47,003 nt of DNA from Patescibacteria group bacterium (GCA_018970425.1 JAGWWK010000001.1:1-47003); one strand, 5' to 3'; shown: positions 1-8,585, counted from the stretch's first letter. Program-made: numbers and translations. The notes: generated from the letters alone by a model not told the origin.

Positions 1-106
1 TGCCTATCGGCAGGGGAGGGTTAGTCCGTCCCGAAGTGATTGATACGTAGGCGACTATACCACATGCATGAAGTGGCGCCAACTACTGCCGACACCCGAT
101 ACCCCC

Positions 107-157
107 TGTGCAATACCTAGGTATTGCACAAGTAAGGTATTGCACAAGTATTGCACA
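107..157. promoter_or_regulatory. Operator-like array: 22-bp perfect palindrome gtgcaatacctaggtattgcac (108-129) plus two more direct copies of the half-site tattgcaca
   Basis: tgtgcaata (107-115) is inverted against tattgcaca (122-130). The same 9-mer recurs at 138-146 and 149-157. The array lies upstream of the CDS starting at 234. Confidence 0.45.
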
Positions 158-217
158 GGAAGGGGGAGTGAGGGGTGTTTTTAGTTTTGAGGGCTGCCTG
201 ATTTATACAGTGCTATC

Positions 218-226
218 TGGTATACT
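218..226 (+). promoter_or_regulatory. Extended -10-like box tggTATACT, 7 nt upstream of ATG 234 (leaderless geometry)
   Basis: tgg 218-220, tatact 221-226, spacer gggacac, ATG 234. Confidence 0.5.
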
Positions 227-233
227 GGGACAC

Positions 234-860
234 ATGGTTATACAGAAAATTGGCGCACACTGCTTTAAGTTCTCAGCTGGGCCGGTGACTGTGGCGGTAA
301 ATCCCCCCGACGCGAAATCGAAGCTCAAGGTCAATAAGTTTGGCTCGGACCTCGTGTTGGTTTCGATGCGACATCCTGACTGGGACGGTGCTGAAACGGC
401 TAGTCACGGCGAGACGCGCCCATTCGTCATTACGGGTCCTGGTGCGTACGAGGTCGGCGACATTACGGTGAGCGGTTTTTCCACCACAACCTGCTACGCA
501 GGAGAGGAGTGTGATGTGGGAAACACAGTGTATGTGTTTGATATGGATGGCATCCGGGTTTTGGTGCTAGGCGCGCTGTCGTCAACTAAGTTGCCGCAAG
601 ACCTGCGCGCGGAGCTCGACTCGATTGGCATCGTACTTGTTCCGGTAGGCGACGGCACACTTGACCCGAAAGCTGCGCATGAACTGATGGTCACACTTGA
701 GCCAAAGATCATTATTCCGTATGGAGTCGGTGACGATGGTGAAGCGGCGCTCCAAGCGTTCTTGAAAGCAGAAGGTGAGATGCCAAGTCCTGAGGAGAAA
801 CTCACTGTCCGCGCGAAAGAAGTCGCCCAGCGCGATGGGGATGTAGTAGTATTGCGGTAA
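234..860 (+). CDS. MBL-fold-like (UPF0173-type) protein with a degenerate metal motif
   Basis: ORF 108..860 trimmed to the first ATG after the -10 box. The overall pattern (LVLVSMRHPDWDG, VLVPVGDG, IIIPYGVGD) resembles small beta-lactamase-fold hydrolase-like proteins, but HxHxDH is not intact. Confidence 0.55.
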   Translation: MVIQKIGAHCFKFSAGPVTVAVNPPDAKSKLKVNKFGSDLVLVSMRHPDWDGAETASHGETRPFVITGPGAYEVGDITVSGFSTTTCYAGEECDVGNTVYVFDMDGIRVLVLGALSSTKLPQDLRAELDSIGIVLVPVGDGTLDPKAAHELMVTLEPKIIIPYGVGDDGEAALQAFLKAEGEMPSPEEKLTVRAKEVAQRDGDVVVLR

Positions 861-1054
861 TGCTCATCGAGCACATAGAAGCATTACGAAAGCAGCCGAA
901 ACATATCCGCCGCCAGGCGGCGCAGTTTTACACAATTCTTGTTGTCGCGGCCATAGCGGTGTTGTATCTGTTTGTTCAATATTTTGTGCCACTCCTACTT
1001 CCGGATGAGACAGAGCCCGCTATTCAGGCACCGTACGCGGAGGCGCAAGAATAG
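860..1054 (+). CDS. Small hypothetical membrane protein (64 aa, one TM)
   Basis: TAATG stop/start overlap with the upstream CDS; hydrophobic segment [25 protein letters not shown]. Confidence 0.45.
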   Translation: MLIEHIEALRKQPKHIRRQAAQFYTILVVAAIAVLYLFVQYFVPLLLPDETEPAIQAPYAEAQE

Positions 1055-1062
1055 TCCGTTCG

Positions 1063-1071
1063 TGGTACACT
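1063..1071 (+). promoter_or_regulatory. Extended -10-like box tggTACACT, 9 nt upstream of the gyrA ATG
   Basis: tgg 1063-1065, tacact 1066-1071, ATG 1081; no Shine-Dalgarno between them. Confidence 0.5.
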
Positions 1072-1080
1072 GAACTGTCT

Positions 1081-3546
1081 ATGGCACGTACCCCTGAGCC
1101 GCGCCCTCCTGAGGATGCCGATGCGCGCATTTCCGTTATATCTCAAACGATTACTGATGAAATGCGTCGGTCGTATCTCGACTACGCAATGTCAGTTATT
1201 ACCTCACGCGCCCTCCCAGACGTGCGCGACGGCCTGAAGCCCGTACACCGTCGCATCTTGTACGCGATGCACGAGATGGGTTTGACCTCGACTGCTAAGT
1301 TCCGAAAATCCGCAACGGTGGTTGGTGATGTGCTCGGAAAGTACCATCCGCACGGCGACACCGCAGTGTATGACGCGATGGCCAAGCTCGCGCAGGACTT
1401 TACGACGCGTTACCCGCTCGTCCTCGGTCAGGGAAACTTTGGTTCAGTAGACGGCGACTCGCCGGCTGCCATGCGCTATACGGAGGCAAAGATGTCCCAG
1501 ACCGCGGGTGAGATGCTCCGCGACTTAGAGAAAGAAACGGTTTCTTGGCGCCCGAACTATGACGCAACACGCCGCGAGCCCGAAGTGTTACCTGCCGCGG
1601 CACCCAACATCCTCCTCAACGGCACTCTCGGCATTGCGGTGGGTATGGCCACCAATGTTCCTCCGCACAACCTCAATGAGGTCGTGGATGCAACGGTGCA
1701 CCTGATTGAAAACCCAGGAGCTACGACAGACGATCTGCTTGCCTTTGTGAAAGGGCCCGATTTTCCGACCGGAGCGATAGCATTTAATCAGGCGGACATC
1801 AAACACGCGTACACCTCGGGGCGCGGGCCTGTCACCGTTCGTGGTGAGGCAGAAATAACTGAAGATAAAAAAGGGAACACAATCATTGTTATTACCTCCA
1901 TTCCGTACCGCGTTAATAAGTCTGATCTCATTGAGTCTATAGCGGATCATGTGCGCGAGAAGCGCCTTGAAGGCATTCGCGACATTCGCGACGAGTCTAC
2001 TAAAGATGTGCGCGTTGTGATTGAACTTAAGAACAATGCCCAACCGCAGGCCGTTTTGAATTACTTGTACAAGCACACCCAGCTTGAAGAAGCATTCCAC
2101 TACAACATGGTGATGCTTGTAGACGGTGTTCCTGAAACGCTCTCGCTCGCGGGCATCCTACAGAACTTCATTGACCACCGTGCTGTGGTGGTAAAGCGGC
2201 GTACCGAGTTTGACCTCCGCGTAGCAAAAGACCGCGAGCACATCCTCCTCGGGCTCTCAAAGGCGCTTGACCACATAGATGAAATTATCGCGCTCATCAA
2301 GAAGTCGAAAGATGTAGAAGACGCGCGTGCAGCTCTTATGAAGACCTTCAAGTTTTCCGAGCGGCAGGCCAACGCCATTCTTGATATGCGCCTTCAAAAG
2401 CTCTCGGGCCTTGAGCGCAAGAAGATAGAGGACGAGCTTAAGGAGGTGCAGGCGCTCATTGAAGAACTTGAGGACATTCTCTCCTCGCCGAAGAAGATTA
2501 TGGCCGTCGTGAAGAAGGAGCTCGCCGCACTTAAAGACAAATTGGGCGATGAGCGACGCACGCGCATAGTAAAAGGCGGTGTGAAAAATATGAGCGAGGA
2601 AGACCTGGTGGCCGAGGGTCCGGCGATGCTTACGCTTACCTCGAGCGGCTATGTGAAGCGGACAAATCCATCTGAGTATCGCAAGCAGAATCGCGGCGGC
2701 GTGGGTGTGGTAGACCTCAATACTAAGGACGAAGATTTTGTCACCATATTCCTTGAGGGTTCAACTCACGACCACATCCTCTTCTTTACCGACAAGGGTA
2801 AGGTGTACCAGACGCGTATGTATGAAGTACCCGAGGGTAAACGTGCCACGAAAGGTAAGTCCATAATGAATGTCCTCCCGCTCTCAGCCGAGGAAAAAGT
2901 CACATCTATCGTGACCATGCCAAAAGATATGAAGTCTAAGGCCGAGGCAACAGCATTCATGCTCGTCACGGAGGGTGGTGTTGCAAAGAAGGTGAAAGCA
3001 GAGCAGTTTTCTGATGTGCGCCGTTCGGGAATCATCGCAATGTCACTTCAGGCTGACGACAATCTTATTGCCGCGCTTCCCGTTATGAAGGGCTCTACCG
3101 TACTCCTCACCACCTCACGCGGACAGGCAATCCGCTTTAAGGAGTCTGACATTCGCGAGATGGGTCGCACTGCGGGAGGTGTGCGCGCTATGAAGCTTGT
3201 GGCAAAGGACAGCATTGTTGGGGCAGATGTCGCGCATGACGACGCGGGAGAATTTCTGATCGTTACCAACCTCGGGTACGGCAAGCGTACCAAGGTCAAG
3301 GAGTACAAGATTCAAAAGCGCGGCGGCAGTGGCATCAAGACCGCAAATGTCACACCTAAAACCGGACCGGTGATTGCGGGCAGGATTGTTAATCCAGAGA
3401 TGTCTGAGATTTTAGTCGCCTCACAGAAAGGGCAAGTCATCCGGACCGAGCTTGCGCAGGTGCCAAGTCTCTCACGCGTCACGCAAGGCGTTCGCATAAT
3501 GAAGCTCTACGAGGGCGACAAGATAGCTGCGTTTACGGTATTTTAG
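1081..3546 (+). CDS. gyrA: DNA gyrase subunit A
   Basis: 821 aa. Contains [12 protein letters not shown] (QRDR region), the active-site Tyr motif [10 protein letters not shown], and C-terminal beta-pinwheel repeats. Confidence 0.97.
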   Translation: MARTPEPRPPEDADARISVISQTITDEMRRSYLDYAMSVITSRALPDVRDGLKPVHRRILYAMHEMGLTSTAKFRKSATVVGDVLGKYHPHGDTAVYDAMAKLAQDFTTRYPLVLGQGNFGSVDGDSPAAMRYTEAKMSQTAGEMLRDLEKETVSWRPNYDATRREPEVLPAAAPNILLNGTLGIAVGMATNVPPHNLNEVVDATVHLIENPGATTDDLLAFVKGPDFPTGAIAFNQADIKHAYTSGRGPVTVRGEAEITEDKKGNTIIVITSIPYRVNKSDLIESIADHVREKRLEGIRDIRDESTKDVRVVIELKNNAQPQAVLNYLYKHTQLEEAFHYNMVMLVDGVPETLSLAGILQNFIDHRAVVVKRRTEFDLRVAKDREHILLGLSKALDHIDEIIALIKKSKDVEDARAALMKTFKFSERQANAILDMRLQKLSGLERKKIEDELKEVQALIEELEDILSSPKKIMAVVKKELAALKDKLGDERRTRIVKGGVKNMSEEDLVAEGPAMLTLTSSGYVKRTNPSEYRKQNRGGVGVVDLNTKDEDFVTIFLEGSTHDHILFFTDKGKVYQTRMYEVPEGKRATKGKSIMNVLPLSAEEKVTSIVTMPKDMKSKAEATAFMLVTEGGVAKKVKAEQFSDVRRSGIIAMSLQADDNLIAALPVMKGSTVLLTTSRGQAIRFKESDIREMGRTAGGVRAMKLVAKDSIVGADVAHDDAGEFLIVTNLGYGKRTKVKEYKIQKRGGSGIKTANVTPKTGPVIAGRIVNPEMSEILVASQKGQVIRTELAQVPSLSRVTQGVRIMKLYEGDKIAAFTVF

Positions 3547-3547
3547 A

Positions 3548-3575
3548 TTGACTTTTCATTAAATTTTTGTACAAT
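3548..3575 (+). promoter_or_regulatory. Near-consensus sigma70-type promoter TTGACT-N16-TACAAT
   Basis: ttgact 3548-3553, tacaat 3570-3575. An ATG at 3583, 7 nt downstream, opens only a 17-codon ORF (3583-3636). Confidence 0.5.
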
Positions 3576-3651
3576 TACGCACATGGTTTCGGCGCGTTTT
3601 TTTCCGTGCGCTGAAGAATTTGGTAATACTTTCTAATAATTTTTCAAATCC

Positions 3652-4140
3652 GTGGCAACTCCGCAACGAGAAATACCGAGCGATGTCACGAAGGTCATGA
3701 CTCCACTGATCTCGTACTTTGTGTACCGCGCCTTGTCGCAATGGGCTGCATCCGCAGACAGTCTGACCGTAGGATTCATGTCTGAATTTATGGAACCGGT
3801 GGTCGCGGGCAGCATTGGACGTGTGGTGGCGGGCATGGCGCAGGGGTCGGGTCCGTTAGGGAAAGTCGCATCGCTCGTTGTAGGCGCTGGGTATCTTGCA
3901 TATCAAGAGTATGCAGATGTTCAACCGGATCACATTTTCGCGAACTACGCGCTCGGGGCAAGCTACATCTCCGGTGACCCTAGCTGGTTTGTTGAAAAGC
4001 CGTACTATGGCGCACTTGGTACGGCGGTCGCGCTCGGGCTCTGCGCCGGTGGATACTATGCTTCAACCGCGGCGCAGGTAGCAAGTAATCGCTTGTTTGC
4101 ACAGATAGAACAAAGACACAGCAATACTCTGCTAAAATGA
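3652..4140 (+). CDS. Hypothetical Gly/Ala-rich membrane-associated protein; start uncertain (GTG 3652 or ATG 3697)
   Basis: Only long ORF in this interval, co-directional with its neighbours; no family recognised. Confidence 0.4.
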   Translation: MATPQREIPSDVTKVMTPLISYFVYRALSQWAASADSLTVGFMSEFMEPVVAGSIGRVVAGMAQGSGPLGKVASLVVGAGYLAYQEYADVQPDHIFANYALGASYISGDPSWFVEKPYYGALGTAVALGLCAGGYYASTAAQVASNRLFAQIEQRHSNTLLK

Positions 4141-4144
4141 GTGC

Positions 4145-4678
4145 ATGACGCTCGCGATGCCGCGCGACATGTTGAAATACGTGCGCATTGATCCAGGAAT
4201 GCGCGCGGCGGACTTCGGTGCGGGGAGTGGAGCGTATACAGACCTTCTTATGGAGCGCGTGGGTACGCTCGGTCGCGTATACGCGCTCGACGCGCTACCG
4301 CAGGCAATAGATGCTCTCTATGAGCGGGCGCGCGCGCGTGGTGCGCGAGTTTTCACGCTCGTAACGCCGTTTGAGGACCCGCTACCTATGGCTGACAACA
4401 CTATTGATCTCAGCGTCATTGCAAACACGCTGCATGGTGTTGACCCTGCGCGCCGCGAGCACTTTGTCTCGGAGGTGGGGCGCGTGCTCGCGCCACGCGG
4501 ACAGGTACTTGTCGTTGACTGGGCAGGATCGTTTCGCAATATGGGCCCGGCACCCGCGCTCCTTGCGGCTCCTCTCGACATGGTCCGCATCTTTCGATCG
4601 CAAGGATTTACTACTTCATCAATGCTGCCCGCCGGCAGCCATCACTACGCGTTTGTAGCAACGCGCGCACCGCTATGA
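4145..4678 (+). CDS. Class I SAM-dependent methyltransferase
   Basis: Motif I DFGAGSGAYT followed by an acidic post-I residue (YALD). A tgcTAAAAT box lies 6 nt upstream of the ATG. Confidence 0.7.
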   Translation: MTLAMPRDMLKYVRIDPGMRAADFGAGSGAYTDLLMERVGTLGRVYALDALPQAIDALYERARARGARVFTLVTPFEDPLPMADNTIDLSVIANTLHGVDPARREHFVSEVGRVLAPRGQVLVVDWAGSFRNMGPAPALLAAPLDMVRIFRSQGFTTSSMLPAGSHHYAFVATRAPL

Positions 4679-5967
4679 AAGGACTCAGCACATTTAGCGC
4701 CGTCGTTCTCGTTATATTTATTGCACTCGCACTCTTCGGAGTGTTTATCTTCGCGACATTTCAACAGTCTGCCCGAGATCGGATAGGTGAGGTGCAAGTT
4801 TGGGGCTCCATACCGCAGGACGCGTTTGACGCGGTTATCGGCTCTGTGCGCGACGCGCGGAGCGACTTTGCCGATGTGAGTTATGAAGAGGTGCCCGCAG
4901 ACACTCTGATGCCGCGCCTTGTTGAAGCAATAGCGGCGGGGCGGGGGCCTGACCTCGTGCTATTTCCCTCATCGAGCGTACTCAAAGATGGCGATAAACT
5001 GAGTCCCATACCGTATGCGCAGTTTCCACGGCGAGACTTTCAAGACACATTTGTTGAAGCAGGCGAGGTGTTTCTCACCGGAGAGGGAATACTCGCAATT
5101 CCAATTTCTATAGATCCGCTTGTTATGTACTGGAACCGTTCACTGTACGCGAGTGCGGGTATCGCATCGCCACCACGCTTTTGGGATGACTTCACACGCA
5201 TCGCACCCCGATTGAGTTCACGAACACAGAGCGGAACGCTCACAGCAAGCGCGGTCGCCTTCGGTACGTGGGAAAACGTCTCGCATGCAAAGGCAGTCTT
5301 TGTCACGATAGTGCGCTCGCTCGGGTCTCCGATAGTGACGCGTCGCGATGATGGGACGATCGACGCATCGCTCCGCTCAAATACAACTGCCGATCCAGCT
5401 GCGAGCGCGCTCAGGTTCGTGGCGGACTTTGCCGATCCTGTAAAGTCGGTATACTCATGGAACAGTGCCCAGAAGCAGAGCCGTGACGCGTTTCTTGCCG
5501 GCACCTTGGCAACCTATATAGCGCCCGCATCTGAACTTGCCTCCCTGCGACAGGGGAATCCGAATCTTAATTTCGATGTGGCAGCACTGCCCACGGCGCG
5601 CGGCGCGTTCGGTTTTGTGGGTGCGGAGGTGTTAGGTATTGGTATTCCGCGCGGCTCAAATAACACAGCTGGCGCGCTTCAGGCCGCGTTCCTTTTGTCA
5701 GCGTCAGCACAGCAAAAACTTCTTGCCGAAGAGTTGACACTGCCTTCGCCACGGCGCGACACTCCAATTACCGATCCCGCGCTCGCGTACACCGCCGTGT
5801 TTGAAGCGGCCGCCCTTCGCGGGTATGCATTCCTCGATCCAGATCCGCGCGCAACGGAAGCGCTCTTTAGCCGTATGGTTGAGAGCGTGGCAAGTGGACG
5901 CGCGACAGTATCGGAAGCCATATCGGCTGCGCATAACGACTTGCAGGCGCTCGTCAGGGTGCGATAA
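4675..5967 (+). CDS. Extracellular solute-binding protein (ABC-type, family 1-like) with N-terminal TM anchor; no adjacent permease or ATPase
   Basis: ATGA overlap with the methyltransferase gene. N-terminal hydrophobic anchor. GPDLVLFPSS and IDPLVMYWNRSLY are typical of sugar-type SBPs. Confidence 0.65.
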   Translation: MKGLSTFSAVVLVIFIALALFGVFIFATFQQSARDRIGEVQVWGSIPQDAFDAVIGSVRDARSDFADVSYEEVPADTLMPRLVEAIAAGRGPDLVLFPSSSVLKDGDKLSPIPYAQFPRRDFQDTFVEAGEVFLTGEGILAIPISIDPLVMYWNRSLYASAGIASPPRFWDDFTRIAPRLSSRTQSGTLTASAVAFGTWENVSHAKAVFVTIVRSLGSPIVTRRDDGTIDASLRSNTTADPAASALRFVADFADPVKSVYSWNSAQKQSRDAFLAGTLATYIAPASELASLRQGNPNLNFDVAALPTARGAFGFVGAEVLGIGIPRGSNNTAGALQAAFLLSASAQQKLLAEELTLPSPRRDTPITDPALAYTAVFEAAALRGYAFLDPDPRATEALFSRMVESVASGRATVSEAISAAHNDLQALVRVR

Positions 5968-6311
5968 TGACAAGCATGGTACACTCATCTCTTCGTACAG
6001 CTACTGCGTTTCTTCTAGCCACGGTTCCAACGCTCGCACTTGCCGCTCCGGCGACACTCACTAACCCGATCGGGACGAACAGTATCTCAGAACTTCTCGC
6101 AAATCTCCTCGGGCTTATTGCTATGATTGCGTTCCCGATCATCGTGCTTTTCATTGTGTACATCGGCTTTCTTTTTGTGACGTCGCGCGGAAATCCGGAA
6201 AAGCTCTCAAAAGCTCGTGAATACCTGTTGTATGCAGTCATTGGCGCGCTCCTCGTCTTAGGTGCTGAGGCACTGTCCCTGGCTATCCAGGCAACCGTCG
6301 AGCAACTCTAA
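5967..6311 (+). CDS. Small secreted two-TM protein, TrbC/VirB2-like (CPR-type T4SS pilin-like), paralog 1
   Basis: Signal peptide ending LALAAPA, then two TM helices separated by GNPEKLSKAREYLLYAVIG. This motif is shared with ORFs 6315, 6650, 7215 and the N-terminus of 19025. Confidence 0.5.
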   Translation: MTSMVHSSLRTATAFLLATVPTLALAAPATLTNPIGTNSISELLANLLGLIAMIAFPIIVLFIVYIGFLFVTSRGNPEKLSKAREYLLYAVIGALLVLGAEALSLAIQATVEQL

Positions 6312-6314
6312 CGC

Positions 6315-6557
6315 ATGGACCTCACCGACCTCATTGTGCTCGTTACTGAACTGATATGGATAACGATTCCGATTGCCTTTGCATTTGCGCTACTCGGATT
6401 TTTTTGGGGGATTGTTCAGCTCATGGGCGCGCTCGATAACGCAGACAAGCGCGCGGACGCGCGCCAGATGCTCCTCTGGTCCGTTATTGCGCTGTTCGTT
6501 ATCGCATCTCTTGCCGGCATAATAGAGCTATTGGTTTCATCCGTTCCGGGCCTGTAA
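6315..6557 (+). CDS. Small two-TM pilin-like protein, paralog 2
   Basis: TM1, then ALDNADKRADARQMLLWSVIALFVIASL (TM2); same architecture as 5967. Confidence 0.5.
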   Translation: MDLTDLIVLVTELIWITIPIAFAFALLGFFWGIVQLMGALDNADKRADARQMLLWSVIALFVIASLAGIIELLVSSVPGL

Positions 6558-6649
6558 CCACTATCCACATACGGCGTGCCCGAAAGGATACGCGCGTGTG
6601 TGGGTGGTACTATGACGGTATAGCAATTAGCAATAAACATATTTTGTTC

Positions 6650-7003
6650 ATGTCCACGTTTGCAAAGATTTCACTGGCAGGCACGCTCCTCGTAGCGCCG
6701 GCGCTCGCGTTCGCAGCAACACTGACCGATATCGTTAACACAGTTGGTAACCTTATCTCGCTCGCGACACCGATCGTCCTTGCCCTCGCGCTCGTGTATT
6801 TCTTCTGGGGCCTCGCAAACTTCATTCTCTCATCAGGAGAGGCAGATAAGCGCAACGAGGCAATCGCAATCATGATCTATGGCGTTATCGCCCTCTTCGT
6901 CATGGTATCGGTTTGGGGAATCGTCAACGTGCTTCAGTCAACGTTCCAGGTACAGTCGAGTGGCGATATTCGCGCACCGAGCGTACAGGGAGTAGGTAGG
7001 TAA
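6650..7003 (+). CDS. Small secreted two-TM pilin-like protein, paralog 3
   Basis: ORF 6596..7003 trimmed to ATG 6650 (MSTFAKISLAGTLLVAPALAFA signal peptide); SSGEADKRNEAIAIMIYGVIALFVMVSVWG. Confidence 0.5.
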   Translation: MSTFAKISLAGTLLVAPALAFAATLTDIVNTVGNLISLATPIVLALALVYFFWGLANFILSSGEADKRNEAIAIMIYGVIALFVMVSVWGIVNVLQSTFQVQSSGDIRAPSVQGVGR

Positions 7004-7004
7004 T

Positions 7005-7208
7005 GTGGAGAAAAGGTCTTCAATTTTAGAGACCACATCACGAGCGAACGCGCTCGCCGAGCTCGGCGAGCGCGGTCGTCGTTCTAAGACCTTCGTTATA
7101 GTGGCACTTGTTACTGGCCTCTTTGCTATCCTCGCACTTGTCGCGGTGTTCGCGTTTGGCTCGCGAGGGCCCGCATCATCCGTTCCGATACCGACCGTAA
7201 CTCGCTAA
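7005..7208 (+). CDS. Hypothetical single-TM protein (67 aa, GTG start)
   Basis: Fills the gap between pilin-like paralogs on the same strand; TM FVIVALVTGLFAILALVAVFAF. Confidence 0.4.
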   Translation: MEKRSSILETTSRANALAELGERGRRSKTFVIVALVTGLFAILALVAVFAFGSRGPASSVPIPTVTR

Positions 7209-7214
7209 ATACAT

Positions 7215-7472
7215 ATGGATAGACTTTCGCAATTCATAGGTAATGTTGTCGATCTGATTATTCAACCGCTCATCGTACTTCTGGTAGTCGCGGGAGTAGC
7301 GTTCTTTATCTGGAGCATTGCGCTCTACCTCTGGAACGCGAACGACGCGGAAAAGCGAAAGGAGGGCACGCAGGCCCTCCTCTGGGGTGTTGTTGGAATA
7401 CTGATCATGGTTGCCGTGATCGGCATACTCCAGATAGTTACCGCCACATTTGGTGTCTCGCTACCGCGCTAA
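7215..7472 (+). CDS. Small two-TM pilin-like protein, paralog 4
   Basis: TM1, then NANDAEKRKEGTQALLWGVVGILIMVAV (TM2). Confidence 0.5.
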   Translation: MDRLSQFIGNVVDLIIQPLIVLLVVAGVAFFIWSIALYLWNANDAEKRKEGTQALLWGVVGILIMVAVIGILQIVTATFGVSLPR

Positions 7473-7479
7473 CTCCGAG

Positions 7480-7560
7480 TGGGCAGGGGGAGACTTGAAC
7501 TCCCACCCCTTGCGGGACCAGGTCCTAAGCCTGGCGCGTCTGCCATTTCGCCACCTGCCC
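7480..7560 (-). tRNA. tRNA-Leu (anticodon UAG), long variable arm, CCA not encoded
   Basis: Reverse complement gggcaggtggcgaaatggcagacgcgccaggcttaggacctgg...gggagttcaagtctccccctgccca; anticodon loop cttagga. Confidence 0.9.
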
Positions 7561-7626
7561 TACAGATACACTGTCCCATGGTAGCTACCATTCGGCAAGG
7601 TTGCGCCAAATGAGTTTAAAAAGATA

Positions 7627-7654
7627 TTGACTCATACATATAAACTGATATAAT
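7627..7654 (+). promoter_or_regulatory. Near-consensus promoter TTGACT-N16-TATAAT
   Basis: ttgact 7627-7632, tataat 7649-7654, ATG 7661 six nt downstream. Confidence 0.6.
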
Positions 7655-7660
7655 ATTCTT

Positions 7661-7819
7661 ATGTCTGAGCGTCATCCAGAAGGAGGCGGGTTTACTATGG
7701 TCTTGAGAGCAGCATTTTTCGTTTCAATATTTATAGCCGTCATTACTTACTCCTGCGTACCGGCAGACACGGTTTTGAACCGCGAATCGAATCCTACGTT
7801 TGATGCCAAGGTTCGATAG
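7661..7819 (+). CDS. Small hypothetical membrane/secreted protein (52 aa; alternative internal start ATG 7696 preceded by aggagg)
   Basis: Translated by hand: MSERHPEGGGFTMVLRAAFFVSIFIAVITYSCVPADTVLNRESNPTFDAKVR. It is below the ORF-track cutoff and sits in an AT-rich islet behind a strong promoter. Confidence 0.4.
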   Translation: MSERHPEGGGFTMVLRAAFFVSIFIAVITYSCVPADTVLNRESNPTFDAKVR

Positions 7820-7826
7820 ATATTTT

Positions 7827-8267
7827 TTATATACTACGTACCCCGGTGAGGCCGGATGTTTGCGACGGAGCTCGCGTTGTCTCGCGCTCCTTAGTGCGTA
7901 GGGGAGTCTGCGGCCGCTCTGGTGCCTTTTTCATCAGTTGCTGGCGTCCACCAGGGCGAGGTGCGTTTGCCAAACTCGCTTCTTGGAGCTTTTTTTTGCG
8001 CAGCTCGCGCTCTTCTTTTTGTGACAGGTATTTGCCGACCACTGCAGATATAGTCCACATGGGGAGCACATTCACAAGCGGTATCACTTCGCCAAATGTG
8101 GTGATGAGTATTCGGGCTGTATGCTTGCTCCGTGACATGCAGAGCCCGGCCACAAATGAGATGATCGGATTTAAAACTATGCCCACTATCAAAAGTGTAA
8201 GAATGCCTTGAACAATGTCGATGGTGAGTCCGATCGCTATCGAGTCGCTCGCTTGCGCCATACGCAA
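7827..8267 (-). CDS. Hypothetical membrane protein with a basic, Pro/Arg/Lys-rich C-terminal tail
   Basis: 146-aa ORF with several N-terminal hydrophobic helices and a charged tail; no family recognised. Confidence 0.5.
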   Translation of the reverse strand: MRMAQASDSIAIGLTIDIVQGILTLLIVGIVLNPIISFVAGLCMSRSKHTARILITTFGEVIPLVNVLPMWTISAVVGKYLSQKEERELRKKKLQEASLANAPRPGGRQQLMKKAPERPQTPLRTKERETTRAPSQTSGLTGVRSI

Positions 8268-8312
8268 AGTATATCAGGATCGCGCTCCGCAGTTTCATAA
8301 CATGGCTCAGTC

Positions 8313-8321
8313 TGGTATACT
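8313..8321 (+). promoter_or_regulatory. Extended -10-like box tggTATACT, 9 nt upstream of tRNA-Lys position +1
   Basis: tatact 8316-8321, tRNA starts at 8331. Confidence 0.5.
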
Positions 8322-8330
8322 CGGGTCGTA

Positions 8331-8403
8331 CCGCCCATAGCTCAGCTGGTAGAGCACTCGCCTCTTAAGCGATTGGTCCTTGGTTCGAATCCAAGTGGGC
8401 GGA
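8331..8403 (+). tRNA. tRNA-Lys (anticodon CUU)
   Basis: ccgccca/tgggcgg acceptor, D arm gctcagctggtagagc, anticodon loop ctcttaa, T arm cttggttcgaatccaag. Confidence 0.9.
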
Positions 8404-8410
8404 CTTGATC

Positions 8411-8436
8411 AAAAACCCCATCTGCTTGGGGTTTTT
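8411..8436 (+). terminator. Rho-independent terminator-like hairpin after tRNA-Lys
   Basis: aaaaacccca-tctgc-ttggggttttt. Confidence 0.6.
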
Positions 8437-8444
8437 GTATACAA

Positions 8445-8550
8445 GTCCGAGGCGGAGCGCTGTTTTGCGTCTCGCAAAACCGCGAGCCGGGGTCGCGAAA
8501 CCGACGAACGCAGGTGAGGAGGTATTTGTGACGACGCGTCCGAGGCGGAG
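8445..8550 (+). repeat. tRNA 3'-flank module (E-family, Lys/Leu subtype) bounded by 13-nt direct repeats gtccgaggcggag
   Basis: Direct repeats at 8445-8457 and 8538-8550 (aagtccgaggcgga loosely resembles the tRNA-Lys 3' end aagtgggcgga). Inside are hairpin gttttgcg-tct-cgcaaaac, ggggtcgcgaaacc, and a loop gacgaacgcaggtga related to GAACGAAGGTGA of the other modules. Confidence 0.5.
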
Positions 8551-8585
8551 GCAGGCCGAAGCAGAGTGTGGTAAAACTAACGTAC

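Noticed and set aside
108-233. N-terminal extension of the first ORF (start at 108)
   Set aside because: The extension runs through the palindromic operator-like repeats and the -10-like box. ATG 234 sits 7 nt after that box, as at other genes.
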